The translations under genes and the position numbers were made by a program. The notes below the pieces were generated by a model that was not told the DNA's origin, ran no database searches, and saw only the letters and a list, made by a program, of their open reading frames with translations. DNA of 64,000 nucleotides from Sphagnum compactum (taxonomy: Eukaryota): contig OZ234493.1 in NCBI GenBank assembly GCA_965153455.1, positions 2,108,001-2,172,000 of the forward strand, read 5' to 3'. Below are positions 50,893-63,944 of this stretch, piece by piece; position 1 is the first letter of the stretch; each line of letters starts with the position of its first letter.

Positions 50893-52124
50893 ACTTACTC
50901 CAGCCCCCAGAAATTCCGAGTCTTTTATAAACCACGTCCTTCTGATTTTTTTCCCTGATCTCTCCCGTTGTACAAACTATACCGAATCAAGTTCACTGTT
51001 TTCACTAGAGGTTTCGTGATCCAGAACGACTAGGGAGGAATGGAACCTGGAAGCGATCTGCAACCGTTATATTCAACAAGCGCTCATCGACTTGCAGTAC
51101 TAGTACTATTTTCGCTGTTAGGAGAACACTAGCTGTCGCCATGCAAAAAAAGATGAAGAAGAAGAAGAAGAAGAAGAAAGATAAAAAACTCGTGGTTGAA
51201 TCTACCCAAGAGTCTGCAAGCTAGCAAACTGAAGAATATTATCATGGGTCGATCCTGCACTTGAGCTAGCTAGCTAGCTAACTGACGTGCACGCCGCGCG
51301 CGGGGCTGGGGGACTTAGGATTCAAGTCTGCTGGCTTGTGCAGCCCGTTAAGAATATGGACAAGTGGCTTCTTCTCCTTCTTCTTCTCCTTCTTCTTCTT
51401 CTTCTTCTTCTTCATGTTAGAGAAAGGACCCAGACAAACAAAGAAAGGTATAATCTGCTCAACGCGAGCGGGGTGCTGGCCACGGAAAGAGCACGGATTA
51501 CAAAAGAGATCAGTGCGGCTCCCACACCCAACCGACGATACAAGTCTGTTGTTATTGCACAGGATCTTAAACGAGACTTCTCAGGACTGGAAAACGGGAA
51601 AAAGAAGACTTCGATAGTGGGGCGGGGGGGGGGGAAGTATTTGTTGACTGACGCGCGTCGACATGCTTGCTGCAAATTCACTATGGACCCCGCCGCCCCT
51701 ACCTCCCCCCACATGTGTCAAGCTCCACTTTCTTCCCACATATTGTTTTGTTTTCATCAAAGTTAGACTGCAATTGTTTCTTCGTCTTCTTCTTCTTTTT
51801 GGGGTTTGTTTTTCGTGATCAATGCGTTACCGAATTTCATGATCTCATCATCAACAATCTTATTAGTACCAGTATTACATGATTCGATTCTGCGTCTGTT
51901 TTTTTCTCTGCCAGAAACAGAAAAAGCCCCGATGGAATCATATTAAATTTTGTGCGAGTAGTTGAGTAAAACAGTTGGGGTTGTTGCTTGGCTCGTTTCT
52001 TTCCGTGGGATCTTGAGCGCGAAGAAACGGGTGGCGGAACTGGGTGGCAAAGTCGGGAAATGCCGGAAACCCTAACTTCATCGACGGTTTGGATGAAGCA
52101 CGATGCTGCAAATAAGTAAGATTT

Positions 52125-52390
52125 CAGTTGGACGGTGTCGATTGATCCATCCAGGTGCGACTCAAACCAGTCGATACACTTGGACGGTGTGGATTGACCA
52201 GGTGCCATGCAAAATGGTAGATGCAGTTGCAGTTGGACGGTGTAGATCGATCACGTGCGATGTAAATAGTAGATGCACTTGGATGGTGTGGATGGATCAC
52301 GTGCAATGTAAATTGGTAGAGGGAGTTAGACGGTGTGGATTGATCACCCGCGATGTAAAATGGTAGATGCAATTGGACGGTCTAGATGAG
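52125..52390. repeat. Tandem repeat, ~46-52-bp unit, ~6 copies
   Basis: Recurring 'ttggacggtgt(g/a)gat.gatcacgtgc.atgtaaa.tggtagatgca'. Confidence 0.85.
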
Positions 52391-55300
52391 GGACTCGTGG
52401 GTTGACTTAATTATTAGTTTTCTACACAGCACGTGCTACGTAGTTGATTGACCCTGGTCAAGAAGCGTGGGCAATTAAACTAACTAGGGTAGAGTTTGTC
52501 CGGTTCTAAGCTTTGGATAACAGCCGGTTCTCTCCCCAGTGTGATCCCCTGCTAGTTTAACCTCCAGACTAAGTTTTGGCTAAATTTTTTTTTATACTAG
52601 AACTAGACTAGTGGACCACCCCCCCCCCCTTTGTGATTGGCCCGAGTATATTAAATATCTCCGGTAAGGCTCACCCATCCCAATATCATTAAAAAAAGTT
52701 GGTCCAAAGTGAGCTTTAAGTTCAGAGTTCTTATGGAACTCAAAAGAAATAAATATTAATTTTTATTTTCGGAGACCAAAATCACTCCAAATTCAATAAC
52801 CTTTCGGACATGAAACCACCAACCCACCCTTCATAAAGAACCGGGGGTACATCTACCCCCACGGTGGTCCACCGTGGTGCTACTACTCGAAGGGCCCTTA
52901 TGAAGGCAACCCTTTTTTATCTTTTTGTTTTCTTCATTTTCTTTTTGCAACATTGTTGTGATCAATCTTTCTTTCCAAAATCAATCAATCGGAGAAGTTA
53001 AGGTGGGCTTGCTTTCAAACTACAGCTCTTTTCTTTCCCCTTCAACAAGAGAAAGTTGTACTAGTAGAAGAAGAAGAAGAAGTAGTAGTAGTACAAATGA
53101 GGCCATTTGGTGGTCCAATGCCCACATGACAAGGTGCTTGTAAAGGAAGTACTTCTTACCTTACTACTTTCTCTACTATTAAGTTTTCATATGGTTTTTT
53201 GTTGAGTTTGCCATTCATTTCCTTCACTCACTCCTCCATAGAAAAATCCTTGTTAGATTTCATTCTTTACTCGACCCCAAGTTTTGGGTTGTCTTTATTC
53301 TTGATATCCTTTGCCGTGACGATGACTCTTAAAGGTTTTAAGTGATCACCTTTGATAAAGCTCTCCTAGACTTAGGTCATTTACTAGTCCATACAACTCT
53401 CATGTTCCTTTCTACAACCCTTTTTTTAATATCAAAGTGATTGATTCGTCAAGCATATTTGTTATGTAGTAACTCCACGTTCCACACTTCCCAACCCATG
53501 TGTGGCTCAAACCAAATCATCCGCATCAAAATAACTACTTTTCAAAGCCATTGAGAAATTTACATTGGGACCTTGAAGTTGGAACATTGATTGATACCCA
53601 TTAATTTACCCATTACGGCTTGCTTACAAAGTGTTTGTGGTTTGTGATTTTTTTTCCTACCTAGCAAAGTTTCAACGATGGTTCTCTTTCTTTTGAACAC
53701 ATTCATCCAAATAGAGTACATGTTCAACTAACAATTAATTCTTGACTAAGGATGTATGTGTTTTTGGAGCTTCGCAAAACCAAGAAAGAAAGTGGTGTTT
53801 TGTTAACACATCATCTTCCAAATGGGCACATGCAATCCAACATGCACTAATGAATGCACCATTCAAAATATCTCATGTTGTCCAAGTGAATTAAGATGAA
53901 CCCCAACTCAATTTGTAGCGGAGTGGGTTCATCATTTTTTCAACCAAAACTTTCTACTTTCACCTCTCTTCTTTTGTTTGTCATGACTAATGCTTACTTA
54001 TTTCCCTATGAATAGGTGACATCTCTTATTTATTGCCTACTAGTTTGCCACCTACTAACGAACAATGAAATCATCACTTACCCATTATTTTTATTGTTGC
54101 CATATCCGCCTTTTTTTTTCTACTCCACATTCTAGCCTCAATTGCTAAGGGTATTGCATCATAAAATAATTCATTTTCAAAAAAAAAAATTAGCTCCCAT
54201 AGTTTCACAATTTTGTTTTGTTTGGGTGTTGGTTGTAGGAGCTCCATCACATCTATCACATTAGCTTTAATGTTTTAATCACATTCTTTTAAGCTTTTAG
54301 GTACAATTCACAAGATTGGTCATCGTGATCTTATTACTTGTTATGGTCTTGTTATTTCTACTATTATTTTTATTACAAGAAGCTTAAAAGGTGAAAGCAT
54401 GATAAAATATACACAAAAAGTAATGATAACAACAAAATATTGGGATCTCTTAATAAAAGGATTAATAAATAAATGATTTTATGAGGATAATAAAAAAAAA
54501 TTTGAGTACATTATTTTTAAAATTCTGTTTGCATGGATTTCAAAAGTTAAATTGTTATAATCATGTTTTAGAAAATTATTTGTAAGTATTTGAATTGTGA
54601 CACAAATTTTTGAAAAGTTAGAGGGAGGCTAGAGATGTCCATGAAAAAACCTAAAAAATTTTTAAAAAAAAAATTCTTATCTTCAAATTGAAAACATACA
54701 AAATATCTTGCTTACACCTTGAATAAATACATTTTCACTGGAAGCTTTTGCCTTGCACTTCTAGATCATAAGGTGCCTTGGAATGGTTCTATTGGTGGGA
54801 AATTGTATTGTTGTTGCTACTTTTGGTCATTGTCTTCAAGATCTTCAAACTTGTGTTATCAATTACATTTTTCCCCCTTTCCCCTTCTCGTCATGATCTT
54901 GTTGTCCATTATGGTTTTGTCAAGTTTTCTATAATCTTATTATCATTGTCTTATTCATGTTTTTACTTTGTGTACTCTTGATTACAATTTCCTTTTCCTT
55001 TTTGTAAAATATTAATATAAAAAACTTTTGTTGTTAATGTTGAGCCTTTTAAAAAGCATTGCCTTTGAAGGAGTCTACAATGTCATTGAGTTATCATATT
55101 TTAATCAATTATTATTCCTTTTGCACAACTAAGAAGTAAATACCGTTAACTCCCCTTGTAGCTAACAAGCCAATGCTGCAAGTTGTTGAAGAACAAGTGT
55201 CACTTCTTGTTTAAGCATGTTGATGTGCGCCCCAAGCTTGTCAAAAGGTTTCAATAATAATTCCCTAATCTAAATAATATTGAAATAATCAAAACTCAAG

Positions 55301-56505
55301 GCATGTTCCTTCATTCTTTGCACCAAAAAAAAAAGGAATGAAAGAACTCCAAGAAAAATTAGGATGAAATGACATTCCTCCTGTACAACTTTTGGTCACA
55401 TCACTTGCACAAACCAAACAAAGAAAACATTTAATGTGAACCAATTTTGATTCATAAACTCACATTAAACTTACAACAACCTAAACTTGAAAAGATGCAC
55501 CACCCACTTCCTTATAATATACTCTATAGTTGTCCTTATCATAAGCATTAAAATGGTCATCCCATTATTCCCAAAGAGAATTCCCAAAACTAAATCATCA
55601 ATCATGTGTCGCAAATTTTTTGTGATATCATAATTCCCTCAAAACACATCTATTTTGAAAATTCAATCCTAAATTTCAGTAATTTTCTTTCAAATGAGGT
55701 AAAGGTGATTTGATTTAAATGTGAACACTATAATATATATCAACTTGGCAACTCAAAATATTGTGCATTGCATTGTGTAAAAAAAAAACCAAAGTATTGC
55801 ATGCATTGTCACACATAAAAATTAAAGTTTGCAAAAAACTAAAGGTGTTGCACTCAAACCATATGCCAATGGAAATTATTGTTCAAGCAAAAAAAAAAAC
55901 AGGGGGTATTATTATACCAACATTGTCATTGAAATTTATATTTTGAATCTTAAAAATGAAGGAGTTGCCCACAATCCTACCCCTAAAATTTGTAAACTCC
56001 AAATTTATGCCCTAAAATCGTGTTGAAGATATTACAATATGCACACTACCCTTGGTTTAGATATATCAAATTATCAAATTCCCTTTAGCAATTGTGCATG
56101 TCATCCACACATATTCCCTTGTTTCTGTCAGGTACATTATCGCTAACAACATAAATCCGATCACGCAATAGCAATTCATAGTACCATCTTTGTAAATCCA
56201 GGTGCAGAATTGTGTATCTCTGTAGTATGTACTAGAGAATTTTGCCTCCTCAAAATTCAAATCAAAGGGAACTCTTCCATCAACCATGTCTGTCTGCACT
56301 AACAACACTTCAAACAAACGGAATAAAACACTATTGCTTCATTCTGAATCTATCAAGTTCAAACCCTATAATGCAGCCCGTCAATGTAAAGATGTTATTA
56401 TCTTAACTATAACATCTTTCACAATTAGAATATATATCCCGACCCAATTTCACATCTCATGAAATGCCATGTACATGCATCATAAAATAAAGGGTAGCCA
56501 AAGTA

Positions 56506-58618
56506 CTAGTTTCTATGTGTTGCTTTTGCTGCTGCTGCTCTTGCCTGACTTGCATATGATTGCTTTAAGGCACCGTCTTTGGGGTTGATTGCTTTCCGCA
56601 ACTTGATAATGGTCCACACTGTTGCAAATACATGTCCAGCTGTTGCCAAAATTTCTTGTGTTGCTTGACCAGCTGTATATCCAAACCTGGGTATGAGGAG
56701 GGAAAAAAATTGAACTCCTTTAGGGGATTCTCATCTGCTGGGACAGACCTTGATGTGAAGTAGGTCAGAAAATGTTTTGCTCTAAATAGCTATAACAAGA
56801 TGAAGACATTCATATTCTAAAATTTTCAGCTAAGCAAAATATCCAACCATGCAAATACACATCCAAATATTCTAGCATTACTGACAGAACTGCCAGCCAT
56901 TTGAAATACCTCACTTTTGCTTCTATCCATTTTTGCTTATATGCATTTTGACCTAGAAAAGAACTAGAGTTGTTGTAAGCTTTGACATATAGCAATCAAG
57001 AGACACACCTTAACATACCCAAAATAAGGTTTAGTGTGAAGAACTTGTGTTGCTAGAGATGGCATACAACTTTTACCAACCACATGATGAAAATGGGATG
57101 GTGGGTATGCAACCACATCACATGTTATTTTGGCTGCAGGTTCAACAGTTGCATATCCTCTGCTGATGGTAAGTCAACAATTTCCCTATTCAATACTTGA
57201 GACGCAGGTTCATAGTTAAGAGGTTATGTACCTATGGGCAATAATTCTTTGTGTAACCAAAGAGGCAGTCCCCATTATGTCTGTTCCAGCTTTTTCCAGT
57301 GCATCAAACAATTTTCCTGTCCAAACCCATAGGCAAAAATGGTTTAGGAATCTGCTGCTTTTTTTGTGCAGATTGGACAACAACAACAACAATGAAGGAA
57401 TCAAAATTTCATTATCCTACACAAAGGGGGCCATCATAGATCTGCTCAGGAGATTTGTATGAAGAAAGGAAGACAACAACTTTGATAATTCTCGAAAAAA
57501 CCCCTGGCATTATCATCTCATCAATTTTCTCTTTCACCATACACAAGGTAAAAGGGACATACCAAAAGCATCAAGTGAAACCAAAAGAACCTCTCCTGGC
57601 ATGAGCTGGAAGACTTTCTTGCCAATGACTGAGTTGATCATGGACCCAGATAAGAAGCCCACAGTTCGCAATACACCAGACAACACTTTCCTTGCAACAG
57701 TTTCAGTTGTTCTTGACATTTCCCTCAACCTACACAATCCCCACTTACACTACAAACCACTTCATATAAATTGAGGCAGCCAGGCATGCCTTGCAAGCAA
57801 TCAATCAATTGGCAGATCCTTCCTTCAATTCTTTCCCTATAAGGCCACACTTTTACTTAAACAGCGATTGCAGCATTTCAAATCAGGATCCATCAACAAA
57901 AACCAATATTGACAAGACAATATATACCTGTGCAAAGTTTGGATAGTTTGTGAACTGATGTGGCTTGGGGTGTCTGAGGGCTTTACTTTCTTTTCAAAAA
58001 AGACAGACCCATTCTCCAACTGTGTTACTGCCATGAAGCTAAGCCAGAAGATACCCCGGATGATTTGGCCTGATCCAGATGCAATTCCCCTTGCCACACT
58101 ACTATTGTACTCATCCACATCAGGTGCCATGGTTTTCCAAGCCTCTGAATGATTTCCCATCTGCAAGGAATTTTGTTGTGAATTGTTAGTAACACAGTTT
58201 TCTTCATGTTCTGGGTCCTGTTACAAGAGAAGCTCACATTTGTACACCCAATTGTAGAAGTCAAGAACCCCGATCCCACATTCTTTTTCTCAGCCAAATG
58301 TTGCAGACACAAGAAATTGTAATCCAAAACGACGTTGCAACAGATTAAAAAATTCCTTTTTTTGGTCAAGAGGCAAGACCTCTTCAAGATACAACAAAGG
58401 GGAAAGAAGCAAACCACAACTAACTGCAAACCCTTAACCCTAACCCTAAACTACAAAGTTCTTCAAAAAACTAACTAGAAAGAACGACTTGTCCAGGAAA
58501 AACTTTAGACCTCTTTTGGAGATTGAGTCGAGACTCTTCCTGCGGCCTTGTCGACCTCCGGCATACTGGAAGAAGAAACTCGATCGTCCTCCGCTGCGTC
58601 CTGTGCCAATTCCGACAT
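56506..58618 (-). CDS. ERD7-like: Senescence/spartin-domain (ERD7-like) protein, ~257 aa, 5 exons
   Basis: Phase-consistent GT-AG exons 58618-58511, 58160-57928, 57729-57563, 57316-57232, 56686-56506. Motifs 'AWKTMAPDVDEYNSSVARGIASGSGQIIRGIFW', 'MPGEVLLVSLDAFGKLFDALEKAG', 'HRFGYTAG...ATAGH...WTIIKLRKAINPK'. Exon 1 is less certain. Confidence 0.88.
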
Positions 58619-58840
58619 TGTTTGGGTGTTTGTTTTTTTTTTCCCTCCCTGGTTTGATTCTCTAGTAATACGCTGTTCAGGTTGAGGACTCCAATCATTT
58701 GCTGCTACTAAGTTCAGGCTGTTGCTTACTTATAAGGTGTAGTGTCGTCCTTGCTACTGTTCCTTGGCGCTTGCTGTGGTCGCCACCCAGGATGATGCGT
58801 GTCTGTGCACCCGCCATTTTCTGGTGCCAACAGACTCAAG

Positions 58841-58847
58841 ACGTGGC
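58841..58847. promoter_or_regulatory. ABRE (ACGTGGC) upstream of the ERD7-like gene
   Basis: Exact ACGTGGC ~110 bp upstream of a TATA-like TTATAA (~58730) and ~225 bp upstream of the ATG. Confidence 0.45.
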
Positions 58848-59537
58848 CGTGACCGTCTGCAAGGCTCGCCTGTCTTGACGTCTTGACCAGTGTCGACCTA
58901 AACCCTAAACCCTAAACCCTACAACACCCCACAACTGGACCCAGTGGGCCACAGTGAACCAGCACCCACCAGTGCACCATCCACTGGATGGATGATGCCC
59001 ATCCATTATGACTTCAGTTGTGGATGATCCTCAACTGAGTTACTACCTGGTCTCTCATCTTGGTAACCCATTCAATAAAGAAGTAGGTTTAACCTCTCCA
59101 CAGGTAGGTTAAAAAATAGTGGACAACTATGTAAGTAGATAGATGATACATAGTAGGTAGGGGCTGTTTTTACCACCTACCTAGTTGCTAGGTAGTAAAT
59201 AAAGCAAGTGAGCTAACCACCATGGTTAGCTAGGGAACTGGAACCCAACAGAAAATTGTTTCCTCATCACATATCATCCATTCTTGATGGTGCACTAGAT
59301 TTGGAAAATGTCGAAAGGAATAAGAAAAAGGAAGAAGAAAAGGGAGAATTTATAGGATGTCAAGTTAGTTCAAACTAGATGTCAAAATGTCTCCACGTCA
59401 AAAACTGACCATTGTAATACGTTGGCCATATTTTTTCATGTCAAAAATCGATCTCTTTTACAATAGGTTGCTCATGGTGATGGGAGGTGTGTACTAAAAG
59501 GGTGGGAGTCGGGAAATCGTTAAGCCCATGGCTACCA

Positions 59538-59917
59538 TTCGATTTAAGATGGAAGATGTTTGTATCCTTTGCAATGGGATTGAATTTATTTGACATAGAA
59601 AAGTAACCAAGATAGAGAGATGAGGACACTTTCGATTTAAGATGGAAGATGTTTGTATCCTTTGCAATGGGATTGAATTTATTTGACAAAGAAAAGTAAC
59701 CAAGATAGAGAGATGAGGACACTTTCGATTTAAGATGGAAGATGTTTGTATCCTAGGCAAGCAATGGGATTGAATTTATTTGACAAAGAAAAGTAACCAA
59801 GATAGAGAGATGAGGACACTTTCGATTTAAGATGGAAGATGTTTGTATCCTAGGCAAGCAATGGGATTGAATTTATTTGACAAAGAAAAGTAACCAAGAT
59901 AGAGAGATGAGGACACT
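59538..59917. repeat. Young tandem repeat, 4 units of 93, 93, 97 and 97 bp
   Basis: Units start at 59538, 59631, 59724 and 59821 with 'ttcgatttaagatggaagatgtttgtatcc' and are nearly identical. Confidence 0.95.
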
Positions 59918-61833
59918 CTGGCCCTTTCAAGCTCCAAATGGCATTGACACAATGAAATTCACATAAATTCAATGTTCAATTACACACAAACTGTTCATAA
60001 CAAAATGTTAAAATTTGGACCTGTGACTTATACTTCGACTATAAGCAATCAAATGAATCAACTTGTTTCAAACCTCCTTTCATGTAGGCTATCATGATCT
60101 TTTAATGTGTTCAATTTGACAAATACACACCACAAATCCTAACTAAATAATCCATCCAACCCACAAAATCACAAAAGATGAACATCATTGAACAATTCCT
60201 AGAAATGACACAAACAAGCCAACACCTAATGTTCTCTAACAAATATTACTATTAACCTTTAGAACCCAAAATCGCCCCTCCCAAAAAACATGCATTATGC
60301 TTAAAGCTTTCAATTGAATAGGTATTCAACCTCTCCCCCATGTACATTAATGCATAAAATAGCCCAAGTATATTGAACTTGAATAAGATGAATCACACAC
60401 AAATGAGCCTTATGATCCTTTAGAGCCTTTCATCGTTTTCATTACATGCCTTTACAGACCTTACAATATCCAAACTTTTGTCCACCATCTCACATGCGAA
60501 ATGGAATTTTAAAACGAGGAGGTGAACAAAACTATAGAAAATATTGATTATCTACATTCATCCTATAATCAAAACAAACACCCAAATCACCCATCTTTAA
60601 GTTTCTAAAAAACAAATAAAACAACCATATAAGGTGTTTATTTAATTTTTTGATGACATGTTTCTTATCTCCATCACCAACCAATCTTGTTCTATCACCA
60701 ACACCATTACAACCACACACAAAAAAAACAAACAACCAACTAAGCCTATCCCAAAAACTTTGCTCATTCATAACTTGTGTCATCATTGTCACAACCTCCA
60801 CAAACAAATTGGATCCCATTCCAATGAATGATAAAAGACAAAATATACCTTGATTTTCGACACTTAAATTAAGAGAAGTGACTTCCTTTTCACACTAAAA
60901 ACCGTAAAAATATCATCTGAAACAACTCTAGATATGTAAACCTCAATTTTGACCTTTTAATCTTGAGTCCCACCTTGCCTAACAACTAAATTTTGCTAAC
61001 ATAAAACTTTTACACATTTCGTCACTCTCATAATAACAACTTCAATTACAAATCAATAATTGATACACACTTGTTTCCCAAATAAATAAACAACCTTAAT
61101 CAAAGAATCTAGACGACCAAGAGGAAAATTTTCTAGTTCTAGGTGGATTAAATCTCTCCAAATTGCTTCTCTTGAGTTATCATTTGTCTTACTTTGGTAT
61201 CTATTTGACAACTTTGTTCTCCCACAACTCTAAATGTCCCAATAGACCCCTTTAAAAAGTTTAAACAAAAAAGGCATAGTCACCCATAATCATTACAAAA
61301 TGTCCTTTTTTTCCAAATCACAAAAGTGATGAACTAGATCCCTTTTCAAAGTTCCAAACTACTTTGGGTCTCACTTCTCAACTACACATTTTTATAATTT
61401 CCTCCCCATATCCCAACTTCATGGCAAGTTTGAAGAATTGATGCCTATTTAAACAAGCTCATAAGCCACCTATTGAGTTTCCCCATCTTCACGCCAAACT
61501 TGCTACTTTCTTCATGTTTTTGTTTAGACTTAGATAATCTCTAAAATCTAGTACACAACAGAAGTGAAAAAAAGTCAAGAGATGTTCAATCCTAACATTC
61601 ATATGGGGGCATTTTTCCCAAACATTCATTATCATTACCAAGAAAAACCCAAAAACACCTCTATGTCTCCAAAATCCTTACATACATTTCTATTTCTATC
61701 ATCACCATTCAAAACACAAGTATGTATGTAAGAGATCACATGTGCCATGTTGACATTAACTTCACATTTTGTTGCACAAATGAATGTGCCACGTCCCAAA
61801 GGTTTGCATTCATGATTCAAAATTGAAATTATA

Positions 61834-62107
61834 GGAGCTGTTGAGGATGAAGACCACCTGTTGCTAGTGTGCCCAGCTCACCATGACATTCGTTGCAAGT
61901 TTGGTCAACAGTTAGGGAAACAGTTGACACCGTGCAACTTACTGCCTGAATTGATGCATTCGGCTACTCAGAAAGCGGTAGCTTTGTACTTAGTTTCTTG
62001 CCTAGACAACAGGAGTGTTTTGCTCAAATCAACTAGGTAATAGTCGTCAAATGAATCTCTTTGGTCCAGGTATTGACGTTAAATTAAAAGAAAGAAAGAA
62101 AGAAAGA
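61834..62107 (+). mobile_element. 5'-truncated non-LTR retrotransposon (LINE) 3' end
   Basis: Open frame 'GAVEDEDHLLLVCPAHHDIRCK...KSTR*' (stop 62038-62040) is the distal half of a LINE ORF2 CCHC knuckle. It is followed by a short 3' UTR and a (GAAA)n tail. Confidence 0.75.
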
Positions 62108-62589
62108 TTCTAGGATTTTATTTTATTTTATTTTCCTCTTTTTTTTTGCATCGGTCATTTTGGCATTCGGGAAGTCAAAAACACTTTGTACAAAAATAAC
62201 TTTGCCACTAGTTTGTGATCATCAATCACTAGTAGGTGACCCGTGGCTACGCCACTCCAGCCACGTTTGCCACGTATTGGAGGCCTGAGGCGCCCCTGCA
62301 GGTCCTGTGCGCGCTACTCGAGTCGGTTTGGCCCGCCCATCGTGCCCTGTGCACCCCCGTCTAGCCCGCTGAGCGCACCGTTTGGCCCCAAACTGCATCA
62401 CGCATCCACACTGGATGTATAAAAGGCCGTGGCACCTCGCCCGGCCCCCCGCAGCGGCTACCCTGGCCGCAATCCGCGAATGTCTGTGACGAACACACAC
62501 ACAGACAGATGGCGGCTCTCGTCGTTCTCCCGGCCATGCCCTCCGCCTCTTCCTTTCTTCCCTTCCTTTTTCACGTCCCAAATCAAGGT

Positions 62590-62960
62590 CCTGATATTTT
62601 CGAGACCTGAAATCCCCTACTTCATAGTCTCCGTGTCCCTAACACAGATCCCTCGTTTCTTGAGACCTGGATTTTGTCATCTGTTGCCATTGCTTTTTCT
62701 TCTAGTTCCAAACCTCAGGTCCCGATATTTTTTAAATCTGAAATCTCCTCGTCATGTGACGATAGATTGGCCTCCATGTCCCTAACACAGACAGACCCCT
62801 CATTTCTTGAGACCGAGAATCTCCTCCTCTGCTGCCATTGCAAATTTTCAGGTTTCAATACCTTCGAGACCAAATCCAGGTCTCCTCATCATCTGACGAT
62901 ACCTCCTGTCTCCATGTCCCTAAACAGACAGACCCCTCATTTCTTGAGACCTGAAACGAA
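62590..62960. repeat. Degenerate repeat (~4-5 copies) in the probable 5' leader of the LptF/G-like gene
   Basis: Recurring 'ctcc(a/g)tgtccctaa.acaga...ccctc.tttcttgagacc' and 'ctcctc.tcat.tgacgata'. Confidence 0.7.
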
Positions 62961-63274
62961 CAGACAGACAGACACACACCACGTTTGCTTTAATATATTA
63001 GATCTCTTGCTTTTGTGTTTTTATTTCTTTTGGGTCTTGTGTAATATCTGGATTACACATTTTTGAGTTTTGGGCAAGACTTCAATATGTTTTTGTTGCA
63101 TGATTAGATCTTTCTCACATGATTTAGATCTTTTGTTGTTTTGGTTATCAAAGAATCAAATCAAAATCAAATTTATTACTCAGTAACCCTAAACCCCCCC
63201 TTTTCTTGAATACTAAACCCTAAATCTTTTCCTCTCTTGGAGCTTTTGGTGATGTTGAAGTTGGAATTTCGAAC

Positions 63275-63944
63275 ATGTCTGGGGTTGCTAAGATGATGTC
63301 CAATGCTGATTTTACTTCTTGCCAGTCATTTCATAGAAATACCACTTTCAATCAACTTGGGTCCCCTCATCATTGTTGGAGGTCTTCCAATTCTAGATCA
63401 TATTTTCCACCTCCTCTTTTTCATGCTTACAACCGGCCTTTGTGCCCACAGATTAGCAGAAGAAGTGTGTCTGGCTCATGTGTTGTTGCTTTACAATCAA
63501 GTTTCAGTTCCATTACTGCTTGCACCAAGTTCTGGAGCTTGGTGAATCTTGGAAGTGACAGGTCTCTTGTTGTACTTACAAATCATGCAGTATTTCCATC
63601 TGACAAACAATCTCAACACAACTTTTGGGGTTCATCTGTCAACCCTACATGTTGTTGTTCTGTAAACCCAACTAAGAGATTGCCAATCGAGTTGCCAAGG
63701 AAACCAAAAGTTGAAGCTGTTTTGCAAGAATTTCTTCCCAGAATTAGAAGGAGCTGGACATGGGTGACAACAAACTTGGTCAAACAAATTGCAGAGAAGA
63801 TGAGGAGGATAAGAATACCTGTTTTGGACAGATACATGATGACAGAGATGATGCCTGTGTTTGTGATGGCAGTTGGACTTTGTTCAATCGTGGGAATGAC
63901 ATTGGGTGCACTTGCAGGGCTTGTGCGTGAAGTTGTTGTGTCAG
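63275..63944 (+). CDS. First coding exon of a probable plastid-targeted LptF/LptG (YjgP/YjgQ, Ycf84-like) permease; gene continues beyond the window
   Basis: A ~180-aa Ser/Arg-rich, acid-poor N-terminal extension precedes 'RIPVLDRYMMTEMMPVFVMAVGLCSIVGMTLGALAGLVREVVVSG', resembling the cyanobacterial LptF/G start (DRYxxxE..PF.F.VG.F...G...G.LF.LVR...ESGL). Donor TCAG|GTATGG at 63944/63945. TATA-like TATAAAA at ~62418. Confidence 0.68.

Noticed and set aside
51287-51766. 159-aa ORF with a poly-Leu signal-like stretch
   Set aside because: It starts at GTG and the poly-Leu comes from a (CTT)n microsatellite in the promoter/leader region of the IDA-like gene.
60000-61820. Possible decayed transposase on the minus strand
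   Set aside because: It looks coding-derived, but I could not identify any diagnostic motif.
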